Positions 29,090-38,580 of a stretch of 64,000 nucleotides of DNA are shown piece after piece; the first letter of the stretch is position 1; each line of letters begins with the position of its first letter. Origin of the DNA: Myxococcales bacterium (GTDB taxonomy: Bacteria > Myxococcota_A > Polyangia > Polyangiales > DASUME01). The stretch spans positions 2,464,001-2,528,000 of the forward strand of contig JASGJH010000001.1 in assembly GCA_047601445.1 (NCBI GenBank), given 5' to 3'. Position numbers and translations under genes: made by a program. The notes beneath the pieces are model-generated. The model made no database searches and had not been told where the DNA came from. It saw only the letters and a list, made by a program, of their open reading frames with translations.

Positions 29090-30715
29090 ATGCAGCAATC
29101 CAAAGTTCACGCCGTGAATCCCAACAGCGGCAAGTCCCAGCACAGCGCGGGCGAGACGGTCAGCCACGATCCCGCCACGCTCGAGGAGATCGGTCGCGTC
29201 GCCAATACCGATCTCGAATCGATGCCCGAAATCTTCGCGCGCGCTCGCGCGGCCCAGAAGCGTTGGGCGGCCCTGTCGTTCGCCGAGCGCAAGACGCACG
29301 TCCTGCGGATGCGCGACTACGTGGTGGACCACGCGGAAGATCTCGCCGCCATCGTGAGCCGCGACAACGGCAAGACCCGCACCGACGCCCTGACCACCGA
29401 GGTCATCCCCTCGGCGCTGGCGGCTGACTGGTACGCCAACAACGCGGCCGAGCTCCTGGCCCCCAAGAAACTCCCGATGGGGTCCATCCTGTTTGCGAAC
29501 AAGCGCAACGAGCTGCATCGCGTACCGCTCGGCGTGGTGGGCATCATCAGCCCGTGGAACTATCCGCTCTCCATTCCCTTCGGCGAGGTCGTGATGGGGT
29601 TGATGGCGGGTAACGCCATCCTCCTCAAGGTCGCGGCGGCGACCATCATGGTGGGCGAGGCCATCGAGCGCATCGTGGCCGCAGGCGAGCTGCCGAGCGG
29701 GCTGTTCCAGCACGTGGTGGGCTCCGGCTCCCGCGTCTCGCGCGCGTTCTTCGAGAACGGCATCAACAAGATCTTCTTCACCGGCTCGGTGCCCACGGGC
29801 AAGCAGCTGATGGCCGAGGCCGCCAAGACCTTGACCCCCGTGTCGCTCGAGCTGGGTGGCAAGGATCCGATGATCGTGCTGGCCGACGCGGACCTCGAGC
29901 GCGCCGCCAACGGTGCCTGCTGGGCCGGCTACCAGAACGCGGGCCAGAGCTGCGGCGGCGTCGAGCGCGTCTACGTGCATGAGTCCGTGTACCCGCAATT
30001 CGTGGAGCTGATGGTCCAGAAGACCAAGGCCATGCGCCACGGCGCCGACCGCGACTTCAACGTGGACATGGGTTCGATGACCACCGAGGAGCAACTCAAG
30101 ACCGTCGACCGTCAGGTGAAGGCGGCCGTGGCTGGCGGCGCGCGCATCCTCGCGCAGTCCAAGCCCGTGAATCCGTCCGACAAGGGCTACTTCTACCCGG
30201 CGACGCTGATGGTCGACGTGGATCACTCCATGGAATTGATGCGCGAAGAGACCTTCGGACCCGTGGTGCCCGTGATGAAGTTCTCGACCATCGAGGAGGC
30301 CATCGCGCTCGCCAACGACTCGAGCATGGCGCTCACCTCGTCGGTGTGGACCAAGGACACCGCACTGGGGCGACGCATCGCCCTGCAGCTCGAGTCGGGG
30401 GCGACCACCGTGAACGACCACCTCTACACGCACGGCCAGAGCGAGACGCCCTGGGGCGGCTGGAAGGAGTCGGGTCTCGGTCGCACGCACTCGGTGATCG
30501 GCCTCGAGGAAATGACGCAGCCGAAGCTGGTGAACTGGGACATGGTGTCGCCCAAGCGCAACATCTGGTGGTACCCATTCGACCGCGACACCTACGAGGG
30601 CATGTTCGCGGCTTTGAAGGCCAACTACCCGAAGTCCCCGGCCGAGCTGAGCCAGAGCATGGCGGCGCTCTCCAAGCTCGCGCTGAAGAAGATGTTCACC
30701 GCCTGGAAGCCCTGA
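29090..30715 (+). CDS. Aldehyde dehydrogenase
   Basis: ISPWNYP, FTGS, LELGGKDP, GQSC catalytic Cys, EETFGP. Confidence 0.92.
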   Translation: MQQSKVHAVNPNSGKSQHSAGETVSHDPATLEEIGRVANTDLESMPEIFARARAAQKRWAALSFAERKTHVLRMRDYVVDHAEDLAAIVSRDNGKTRTDALTTEVIPSALAADWYANNAAELLAPKKLPMGSILFANKRNELHRVPLGVVGIISPWNYPLSIPFGEVVMGLMAGNAILLKVAAATIMVGEAIERIVAAGELPSGLFQHVVGSGSRVSRAFFENGINKIFFTGSVPTGKQLMAEAAKTLTPVSLELGGKDPMIVLADADLERAANGACWAGYQNAGQSCGGVERVYVHESVYPQFVELMVQKTKAMRHGADRDFNVDMGSMTTEEQLKTVDRQVKAAVAGGARILAQSKPVNPSDKGYFYPATLMVDVDHSMELMREETFGPVVPVMKFSTIEEAIALANDSSMALTSSVWTKDTALGRRIALQLESGATTVNDHLYTHGQSETPWGGWKESGLGRTHSVIGLEEMTQPKLVNWDMVSPKRNIWWYPFDRDTYEGMFAALKANYPKSPAELSQSMAALSKLALKKMFTAWKP

Positions 30716-30727
30716 GCTCTCGCCAGC

Positions 30728-31648
30728 TCAGCGCACCACCAGGAAGTAGCCGGCCCAGAAGAGCGCGATGAGCCCTGCTCCGATGGCGCCGGCTTTCCAG
30801 AGCAGACGCTCCGCGGTTCGGGTCAGCTGGGCCTGGACCGTGGCCAGCGCGCGCGCGGGGTCCAGTTGCATTAACCTGGCTGTGGCGTCGTCCAGCACCT
30901 CGAGCACGCCCACCCGCGCTTGCAGGCGGATGATGAAGGGAACCCGCGGGGCCAGGAACATGGCGCGCTCGCCGAGCAGGAGCGCCTGATCGGCACGCGC
31001 GGTCACGGACTTCACCCGCGCGGAGAGCCCGGACTCTGCGCCAATGCGGTGCGCGTCGCGGGCGAGGGAGGAAAACTCGGTGAAGCGGACGCCCTCGACT
31101 CGAGACTGCTCGGGATGGGCGCGTTGCCAGCGCTCGATGAGCTCTTTCAGCTGCTCTTCTTGCTGTGGGTCCAGAAGCTTGCGTACGAGGGCCCAGATCT
31201 CCTGGCTTGCCGTGTTCAACACGTCGAGCAAGCCCTCAGCCTCGTCTCCTGCCACGTGGGTCCACTGCGAAGCACAGGCGTCGCGACACAGCGTGACGAA
31301 CACCACCATGTCGAGCAGGCTCACCTCCGGGTCCGAGCCGGCTGCGATGTCGAGCGCTGCCGAGCTGCAATAGAGGGCACGCCGCAAGGCCAGCTCGTGC
31401 AACGGTGAGCGCCGATCTTGGGTCCACGCATCCGTTACCTGAGTGATCCGCTCGATGAACGAGGTCGCGAAGCGCTGCAGATCCTCCTGCACCTCGACCT
31501 GCGCGAGCTGGCCGTTGGGTGACGACGCTTCGCGCGCAGAGGAGAAGCTACGCGCCAGAAATCCACCGCCACGCTGGCGCCAGCGCTGTAGGGGCCTCGA
31601 AGACGGTCCGTCCGACATGCGGATTGCGCTCCTCTCGTTCGTTCGCAT
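30728..31648 (-). CDS. Hypothetical helical protein with C-terminal TM (paralogue of 38581-39786)
   Basis: Shares ALDIAxGxxPEVxLLDMxVF, WQxxHP and ALLLGERAxFL blocks with 38581-39786. Confidence 0.7.
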   Translation of the reverse strand: MRTNERSAIRMSDGPSSRPLQRWRQRGGGFLARSFSSAREASSPNGQLAQVEVQEDLQRFATSFIERITQVTDAWTQDRRSPLHELALRRALYCSSAALDIAAGSDPEVSLLDMVVFVTLCRDACASQWTHVAGDEAEGLLDVLNTASQEIWALVRKLLDPQQEEQLKELIERWQRAHPEQSRVEGVRFTEFSSLARDAHRIGAESGLSARVKSVTARADQALLLGERAMFLAPRVPFIIRLQARVGVLEVLDDATARLMQLDPARALATVQAQLTRTAERLLWKAGAIGAGLIALFWAGYFLVVR

Positions 31649-31663
31649 CCCAGGTGCGTGTGC

Positions 31664-32242
31664 TCAAGTCCTGACCGGGCGCGTGAGGCCGGTCTCCGCG
31701 AAGAAGCCGAGCAACGCCGCACCGAAGGCGATGCCATAGACGCCAAGCAAGAGCATCTTCACGCGCACATCGATCGCCGACTCTGCAAACAAGCCCACGC
31801 CCACGGCCAGCGACGCGAGCCCCGCCATCCAAGCGCAGAAGCTCGAGGTCCGGCCCGTCTCGCGGCAGAGCTGCCTCCCGCCCACCACCTCCGCCACGCC
31901 GATCGCGATGCAGCGCAGCGCGAGCACCAGGAAGACGAGCCCCACGTAGCGCGAGCCCACCAGGGCCAGTACGCCGGTGCCGATGCTGATCACACCCTCC
32001 GCGACGTAGCTCGTGAAGGGCCGGGAGGAGTGCACCATGCGTTGCAGCCCTTCGAACACGGCCATGCCGCCGTCGGCCACCAGGTAAAGGCCGACCACCA
32101 ACAATACGTTCTCGCTCGATTCCATGGGCACGCTGAGCGCGAAGATGCCGAACATGGCCGCCAGAGCGCCACGTGCGAAGGACATCCAGCGCACGCCTGG
32201 CAACCACGGGATGCTGCTCGGTCCGAAGGCGCGCTCTTGCAT
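31664..32242 (-). CDS. HdeD/DUF308 family membrane protein
   Basis: RGALAAMFGIFAL, YLVADG, GVAEV; six hydrophobic segments. Confidence 0.7.
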   Translation of the reverse strand: MQERAFGPSSIPWLPGVRWMSFARGALAAMFGIFALSVPMESSENVLLVVGLYLVADGGMAVFEGLQRMVHSSRPFTSYVAEGVISIGTGVLALVGSRYVGLVFLVLALRCIAIGVAEVVGGRQLCRETGRTSSFCAWMAGLASLAVGVGLFAESAIDVRVKMLLLGVYGIAFGAALLGFFAETGLTRPVRT

Positions 32243-32324
32243 ACTTTGAACTTACCTTGGACTAGCCGTCCTCGCATTGGTGACGAGATCCTAGAAACCG
32301 ATCCGAAGAGGGGACGAACACATC

Positions 32325-33162
32325 ATGACGACGTCAACGATCAGCTCTCGCGCGCCGAATCGAACCCGTCGCGCGCAGCCGCGCACTCCGACGCACGAAG
32401 CTGCAACGCCGCTGAACGTGCGCTCCTCGGGGGTGCCGCTGAGCGACAGTACCAAGGCCTGGATCCAGGCACGCAGCAACCGCCAATTCGGGAAGTTCCA
32501 GGGGCGCATCCAGCGGGTCACGCTGCGCTTCAAGGACGTCAACGGTCCACGCGGTGGCACCGACATGCTGTGCAGAGCGAAGGTCATGCTGCGAGGACTG
32601 CCCACGGTGGTGGTCGAGCAGCGTGCCAAGACGGCGCGCAAAGCGTTCGATTCTCGTTGCCCCGTCGGCGGGGCGAGCCGTCGCCAAGGCGATGGAGCGC
32701 GCACCACGGGAGCCTGTTGCGACTGCTACGCCACGCCCCAAGCGCACGACTCGCAGTGTGCAGACCGCGGTGCGGATGACCACGCGGCCGCCGCGCAACC
32801 CCAAAGGCAGCTTGATCGGTCGACGCGTGGGCCAGGGCGCGACCAACCTGGCGCGGGCCGCAGACCGACCGGAGAAGCGTCGGCGCGACGTGCCGGTCGA
32901 CACGTCGTTGCCCGGTGTGAGCGCGTCGCACCGCAAGGTGGGCGCGGAGTCCACCGCCACACGCAACACCAAGGTGAATCGCCGCGGCATGACCGCCGCG
33001 CTCGAGGATTCGGCCACCGGCAGTCCATCTCGGAAGAGCACGCGCCGCAGCCAGAACCGGGCCAAGTCCGGATCCAAGCAGGGGCGCCGAGAGACCCAGC
33101 GTCTCAAGAGCCCGCAGGCACGAGCACGCCGGGCCTCCGCACGCAGCGCGCGCACGCGCTGA
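32325..33162 (+). pseudogene. HPF/RaiA-like protein with long basic C-terminal tail, split by a +1 frameshift near 32652 (or sequencing error)
   Basis: IQRVTLRFKDVNGPRGGTDMLC...VVVEQ HPF-like domain. After AFD the natural continuation LVAPSAGRAVAKAMER lies in the +1 frame and runs to TGA at 33162. Confidence 0.65.
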
Positions 33163-33275
33163 ACTCGCTCGCCTCCACTCCCCTTTTCTCAGCCCCTGGC
33201 GGTTGGCTGGCGCGCTTGCACTCGGTGGGGCGCGCCAGCAGCCTCGCTGCATGCACGTCGGCATCCCCTGCGTGC

Positions 33276-34427
33276 TTAGCCGACCCAACCGCCCGTGAAC
33301 AGACTCAGCAGTTGGAGCCAGTCCTCCTTGGGCACGCGCGTGACCATGACCGGCACCAGCGGCAACAGAGTCGCTACCAGCAGCTTGATCATGTCTCTCT
33401 TGTCGAACATCACCACGCGCATTTTCTCCACGGTCTCTCGATAGCTGCTCACCGTGGCCGCGAGCCCCTGCACTTCCAAACCGAACGCGCGACTGCCGCA
33501 GCCTCGCCCTTCGATCCAGCGCCGATGGAAGCGTCGCCCTGCCTCGGCGGCCATTCCAGACACTTCGATCAGCCCTTCTCGCCGCGCCTTGTAGAGCAGT
33601 GGGCTGAACAGCAAGAGCGGACCGAAGGCCACCAACGTGGCCAGCGTGCCGAACAGCGCCAGCAGCGGCTTGAAGCTGGACAGGGAGCCGCCGAGGTCGA
33701 TGCGCGAGCCCCACTCGGTGCACAGCACGCTGGTGGCCGCGAACAAGAGCATCGCGCAGTAGTCCACGGAGGGCAGGCGAAGAAACGCGATGCCTCCGCA
33801 GCGATCCGGGTGCGTGGGGACCAGCGCGAGCTTGAGCCGCGACAAGCTCACCAGCACCCGCATCCAGACCAGCCAGCGCCAGAGAGAGCGCCAGAGCAGG
33901 AACTGAAACAGCGGCACGTCGACCAGCGCATACCAAGTTTGGGCAGGCGTCAGCGGAGCGTGCAGCACGAAGCCGTTCACTGGAATGTGGCCGAGCAGGG
34001 AGAACACGCCGACCGTCGCTCCGAGCAGCGCGAGCAGCACTTCGGGCAGCATGGAGTCGGTCAGCCGTACAGCGGCCCGCAACGCGCACTCGAAGCGTGG
34101 CTGCGACTCGGGTGGGACGAAGCCGTGCTGCATCAGGAGCTCGAGCACGTGGCGACACACCTTGGGAAACACATGGTCGAGTACCAACAGCATCGGCACC
34201 GCAACCAGCAGGCGCACGTGCATCGCGGCGTGGTAGAAGAGCGGCTCACGCTGACCGGTGGCGAACTCGCGGGCCACGCTGAGCAGGCTGATTGGGACCC
34301 ACGTGAGCATGAACGCCCACACGAGCTGGGAGCGCGTCTGGGTTAGCCGGCAGACCGCCTCCACGCGACGCAGGAGACCGCCCTCGCCCAACCGGTACTC
34401 CAACACGAGGATGACGTCGGACGGCAC
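33276..34427 (-). CDS. Hypothetical multi-pass membrane protein
   Basis: 383 aa ORF with many hydrophobic helices and an HPDRCGGIAFL loop. Confidence 0.7.
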   Translation of the reverse strand: MPSDVILVLEYRLGEGGLLRRVEAVCRLTQTRSQLVWAFMLTWVPISLLSVAREFATGQREPLFYHAAMHVRLLVAVPMLLVLDHVFPKVCRHVLELLMQHGFVPPESQPRFECALRAAVRLTDSMLPEVLLALLGATVGVFSLLGHIPVNGFVLHAPLTPAQTWYALVDVPLFQFLLWRSLWRWLVWMRVLVSLSRLKLALVPTHPDRCGGIAFLRLPSVDYCAMLLFAATSVLCTEWGSRIDLGGSLSSFKPLLALFGTLATLVAFGPLLLFSPLLYKARREGLIEVSGMAAEAGRRFHRRWIEGRGCGSRAFGLEVQGLAATVSSYRETVEKMRVVMFDKRDMIKLLVATLLPLVPVMVTRVPKEDWLQLLSLFTGGWVG

Positions 34428-34434
34428 GCTCGCC

Positions 34435-34505
34435 TTTCTCCGCTCGCGCGCCCGAGGGTGCGCTTTGCTGCGACCCGCTCGCGCGCCCCGAAGGCGCGCT
34501 TCGAC
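34435..34505 (+). repeat. REP-like palindromic element, two copies
   Basis: TTTCTCCGCTCGCGCGCCCGAGGGTGCGC and CGCTCGCGCGCCCCGAAGGCGCGCTTCGAC. Confidence 0.6.
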
Positions 34506-34518
34506 CCACCGTGCGGGC

Positions 34519-35121
34519 TCAACCTCGGGCGTGCGTCAGCGGCGGATGCATGGCCCCGCTCGGCATCTTGAGTGCCGAGCCGAACAGCGCGATACCGAAC
34601 ACCAACCCGTAGATACCGAGCAGCCACACCAGGGCGAGCAGACCGCCCGTGGGGTTCAGCAACAGCAGGATGCCGAACGCGAGCGAGGCACCACCCGCGA
34701 TCCAGAAAGGCCACTCGGCGGCCCCGGTCTCGCGGCTAAACATGCGACCGGCGGCGATCTCGGCGACTCCGGTCCCCAGGCAACGCACGGCGAGCAAGAA
34801 CAGCGCGCCCACGGCGAATGCGGCCGGCTTGCCGAGCGCGAGCACACCGACGGCGACGCTCAGGACTCCGTCGAACAGATAGGGCCAGGCGCTCTCGTTC
34901 TTTTTGAACAGGTGGATCACCGCGGTAATCAGCGCGAACGCACCGTCGACCAACAAGTACGCCCCCACGAAGGCGATCACCGTGCCGAGTGTCTTACTCG
35001 GGAACGCCAGCGCCAGAAGCCCCAGGATGGCCGCCAGGATCCCGCGCAGCACCAGCATGGGCCGCGAGCGGCGGTGCCCTTCGATCTCCCGGGCGGTGAA
35101 GCGATACTCGATCACATCCAT
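34519..35121 (-). CDS. HdeD/DUF308 family membrane protein (second copy)
   Basis: LRGILAAILGLLAL, YLLVDG, GVAEIAAG, LGIYGLVFG. Confidence 0.78.
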   Translation of the reverse strand: MDVIEYRFTAREIEGHRRSRPMLVLRGILAAILGLLALAFPSKTLGTVIAFVGAYLLVDGAFALITAVIHLFKKNESAWPYLFDGVLSVAVGVLALGKPAAFAVGALFLLAVRCLGTGVAEIAAGRMFSRETGAAEWPFWIAGGASLAFGILLLLNPTGGLLALVWLLGIYGLVFGIALFGSALKMPSGAMHPPLTHARG

Positions 35122-35267
35122 GCTCTACTCCGTTCTGCAGAGACCGGCGGGCGCAGCAGCCCGATACCGTGTCCGTAGTTGTCCCCGCAGGTCGCGCTCG
35201 CTAGTCCGGGACGGTGACCCGGCTGCCAGTTAGCGGAAGGCACGACCATCGGTCAGTTTGAAGTCAA

Positions 35268-35930
35268 ATGCCCACTTCGAGCCTGCACTCACACGAGCCG
35301 CGCTCGTCCCTCGTGCTGCGGAGCCCCGCTCTGGCACTGACGGCTGTCGCAGCGCTATTGGTCCTGGCCTGGCTAATCTGGAACGGCGACGCGGTGACGG
35401 CCTTCAAGCAGGAGGCCGGCCCCGTCACGTTCTTCGCGACCATGACGATTCTCCCGGCGCTGGGCTTTCCCATCACTCCGTTCTTCGTGATGGCAGGCGC
35501 GGCCTTCGGCTCTCGGGTCGGTCTCGTGGGATCGGCTGTGGCTTTGAGCCTGAATCTGGCGCTCTGCTACTGGATTGCACGCAGCGGTCTGCGGCGCGTC
35601 ATCGTCGCGCTCTTGGAGCGCTTCGACTATCGGATTCCGGACTTCGAGCGGGAGTCGCGTGGCGCGTTGCGCTTCGTGATGTTGACCAAGCTGACACCTG
35701 GGCTGCCAGCATTCATGAAGAGCTACCTGCTCGGCTTGGTGGGCGTGCCATTCTGGACTTTCTTCGCGGCGTCGCTCCTCCTTACCGGCGCTTACGCGCT
35801 GCTCCTCGTGTACGTGGGCGATACGCTGCGCGAGCACGAGCTCAACCATTTGATCGTGCTCGCCATCGTGCTGGTGCTGCTCGCCGTGGGACTGCACGTA
35901 TGGCGCAAACGACGAGCACGCCTCGCCTAA
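35268..35930 (+). CDS. VTT/DedA (TVP38/TMEM64) family membrane protein
   Basis: AGAAFG..VG, YWIAR, KLTPGLP, SYLLG, TFFAAS. Confidence 0.75.
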   Translation: MPTSSLHSHEPRSSLVLRSPALALTAVAALLVLAWLIWNGDAVTAFKQEAGPVTFFATMTILPALGFPITPFFVMAGAAFGSRVGLVGSAVALSLNLALCYWIARSGLRRVIVALLERFDYRIPDFERESRGALRFVMLTKLTPGLPAFMKSYLLGLVGVPFWTFFAASLLLTGAYALLLVYVGDTLREHELNHLIVLAIVLVLLAVGLHVWRKRRARLA

Positions 35931-35985
35931 AAGCCACGACCGTTTACGCGTGCGCGCTGCGGTTTCCGGGGCCAGGGTGGAAGAC

Positions 35986-37485
35986 ATGGACGTGCAAATC
36001 GTGCAAGGCGGGGCCGCGGCAGTACGCACGGGCCTCTTGGTTCTGGGCATCTACTCGGAGGGCGCCCCACCGACGGCCGCGCAGGAGGTCGAGCAGGCTA
36101 CCCGCGGCAAGCTGTCGGCGCTGCTCAAGCGCGGCGACCTGGCCGAAAAGGCGGGCTCGACCTTGCTGCTGATGGACGTCCCCGAGATTGCTGCCGAGCG
36201 CGTGTTGCTGGTAAGCCTCGGCAAGCGCAGCGTCTTCGACGACAGAGCTTACCTGAGTGCGCTGCGCGAGACGGGCCGTGCACTCTCCACGACAGCCTCC
36301 TCGAGCGCGGCGGTCGCGCTGGCCGACGTGGACCTGCCGGATCGCTCGCTAACCTGGCGCGTGCAGCAGGCTGCGCTGCTGTTGTCGGACGGACTGTACC
36401 GCTTCGACGCACCGCGGAGGGTCCCTGGCGGCAACGCACGTGGCGTGCAGGAGATCAGCTTGCTGGTCAGCGAAGAAGTCGACGACGCCGTGAGGCGCGC
36501 TGCGGAGCGAGGCGCGGCGATCGCCAAGGGCATGGCCCTGACCAAAGACCTCGGCAATCTGCCCGGCAACGTGTGCAACCCGAGCTACCTCGCGGACACC
36601 GCCAAGTCGCTCGGCAAGGAGCTCAGGTTCGATGTGGAGATCCTGGAGCGCTCCGACATGGAGCGGCTGGGCATGGCCTCGGCGCTGTCGGTGGGTCGCG
36701 CCTCGGCGCAGCCCTGCAAGTTCATCGTGATGAACTATCAAGGCGCCAACAAGGAAAAGCCGGTCGTGCTGGTGGGCAAGGGCGTGACCTTCGACACGGG
36801 GGGCGTGTCGCTCAAGCCAGGCGCCAACATGGACGAAATGAAATACGACATGTGCGGTGCTGCGGCGGTCTTCGGTGCGATGAAGACGGCGGCGAGCCTG
36901 CAGTTGCCCATCAACCTGATCGCCATCGTGCCGGCGGTCGAGAACATGCCTGGTGGCGACGCGACCCGTCCCGGCGATGTGGTCAAGTCGATGTCCGGGC
37001 TCACCATCGAGATTCTCGATACGGACGCCGAAGGTCGCTTGATCTTGTGCGACGCGCTGACCTATGCCGAGCGCTTCAAGCCCGGCTGCGTGGTAGACGT
37101 GGCGACCTTGACCGGAGCCTGCGTGATCGCGCTGGGCAACGTGACGAGCGGGCTGTTCGCCAACGACGACGGCTTGGCCGAAGAACTCTTCGACTGTGGA
37201 CAGGACATCGGGGACAAGGCTTGGCGCCTTCCGCTCTACGACGAGTACCTGGAGCAGCTCAGCAGCAATTTCGCCGACACGAGCAACCTCGGTGGGAACG
37301 CCGCTGGCGCCGTGACCGCGGCCTGCTTCCTCGGACGCTTCACCAAGAACTACAAATGGGCTCACCTGGACATCGCCGGCACCAGCGCGATCTCCGGGCC
37401 CGAGAAGGGCGCCACCGGTCGTCCCGTGCCGCTGCTTTCGGAGTTCCTGTTCCGACGCGCCGATGGGTCCCGCGCCTACGCCTGA
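35986..37485 (+). CDS. pepA: Leucyl aminopeptidase (M17)
   Basis: GKGVTFDTGG, MKYDMCG, DTDAEGRL, WAHLDIAG, RPVPLL. Confidence 0.92.
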   Translation: MDVQIVQGGAAAVRTGLLVLGIYSEGAPPTAAQEVEQATRGKLSALLKRGDLAEKAGSTLLLMDVPEIAAERVLLVSLGKRSVFDDRAYLSALRETGRALSTTASSSAAVALADVDLPDRSLTWRVQQAALLLSDGLYRFDAPRRVPGGNARGVQEISLLVSEEVDDAVRRAAERGAAIAKGMALTKDLGNLPGNVCNPSYLADTAKSLGKELRFDVEILERSDMERLGMASALSVGRASAQPCKFIVMNYQGANKEKPVVLVGKGVTFDTGGVSLKPGANMDEMKYDMCGAAAVFGAMKTAASLQLPINLIAIVPAVENMPGGDATRPGDVVKSMSGLTIEILDTDAEGRLILCDALTYAERFKPGCVVDVATLTGACVIALGNVTSGLFANDDGLAEELFDCGQDIGDKAWRLPLYDEYLEQLSSNFADTSNLGGNAAGAVTAACFLGRFTKNYKWAHLDIAGTSAISGPEKGATGRPVPLLSEFLFRRADGSRAYA

Positions 37486-37524
37486 GCTGCCCGGGCTGCC
37501 CGCGCCTCACCTGAACGGTCCACC

Positions 37525-38520
37525 ATGCTCATGCAAACGCAAGAAGACCAGGGTCCTTCACCGATCTCGACGGGCCGACTTCCGCCGTCCGATCAGGTGC
37601 AGGCCTTGATCGACGAGGCCTATCGGCGCTTCCGACTCGATCGCGAAGGCGCCGTGTCGCAGACCTACCCTGCGCTGGCGGAGGTCCCGCCAGACCTGTT
37701 CGGCCTGTGCCTGGTGTCGACCCACGGCGAGGTCTTCGGGGCGGGAGACTTCGAGCGCGAGTTCGTGATCATGAGCGTGTCCAAACCCTTCGTGTTCGCG
37801 CTGATGTGCCAGCAGCTCGGGGCGCGCGTCGTGAGAGAGCTGATCGGCGTGAACGGCACGGGTCTGCCGTTCAACTCACTGGCGGCCGTGGAGTACTCGC
37901 CCGACGGACGCACCAACCCGATGGTGAACGCGGGAGCCATCGCCACCACGGCGCTCGCACCGGGAGGCTCCCGTGAAGCGCGCTGGGAGTTCTTGCGAGA
38001 AGGCTTGTCGCGCTTCGCGGGCCGGGAACTCGGGCTCAATCAGGGGATTCTGACGTGTGCCTTGCAGTCCAACGACCGCAACCACGGACTGGCACGACTG
38101 CTGAACAGCCTGGGGCGGTTGCAGGGGGACCCCACCGAGGCGGTGGAGCTCTACACGAGTCAATGTTCGCTCGACGTGAGCGCCCGGGATCTCGCCGTGA
38201 TGGGTGCCACACTGGCCGACGGCGGCGTCAACCCACTGACGAAGCGACGCGTCCTGGATCAGGAGGTTTGCCACTACACCCTGGCCGTGATGACCATCGC
38301 GGGACTCTACGAGACATCGGGCGATTGGCTCTACGACGTGGGAGTCCCGGGCAAGAGCGGCATCGGCGGAGGGCTGGTGACGTCCGTGCCAGGCAAGGGC
38401 GGCCTCGGCAGCTTTGGCCCGCGTCTCGACGCGGCGGGCAACAGCGTCAAGGGCGGGCTCTCCGCAAGGTTCCTCTCGCAGCGGCTCGCACTAGATCTCT
38501 TTGCTTCCAAACCCGAGTAG
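37525..38520 (+). CDS. glsA: Glutaminase A
   Basis: SVSK catalytic SxxK, NPMVNAGA, YTSQCS, GLYETSG, PGKSGIGG, GNSVKG. Confidence 0.92.
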   Translation: MLMQTQEDQGPSPISTGRLPPSDQVQALIDEAYRRFRLDREGAVSQTYPALAEVPPDLFGLCLVSTHGEVFGAGDFEREFVIMSVSKPFVFALMCQQLGARVVRELIGVNGTGLPFNSLAAVEYSPDGRTNPMVNAGAIATTALAPGGSREARWEFLREGLSRFAGRELGLNQGILTCALQSNDRNHGLARLLNSLGRLQGDPTEAVELYTSQCSLDVSARDLAVMGATLADGGVNPLTKRRVLDQEVCHYTLAVMTIAGLYETSGDWLYDVGVPGKSGIGGGLVTSVPGKGGLGSFGPRLDAAGNSVKGGLSARFLSQRLALDLFASKPE

Positions 38521-38580
38521 CCGAAACACGACATCGGCACTTTCTTTCGGATCCATCACGACGACGAACGCGAGGGCCTC

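Noticed and set aside
32325..34346. 673-aa ORF in the track
   Set aside because: Only the first ~109 aa look real. The rest is off-frame read-through and antisense to the 33276-34427 membrane gene.
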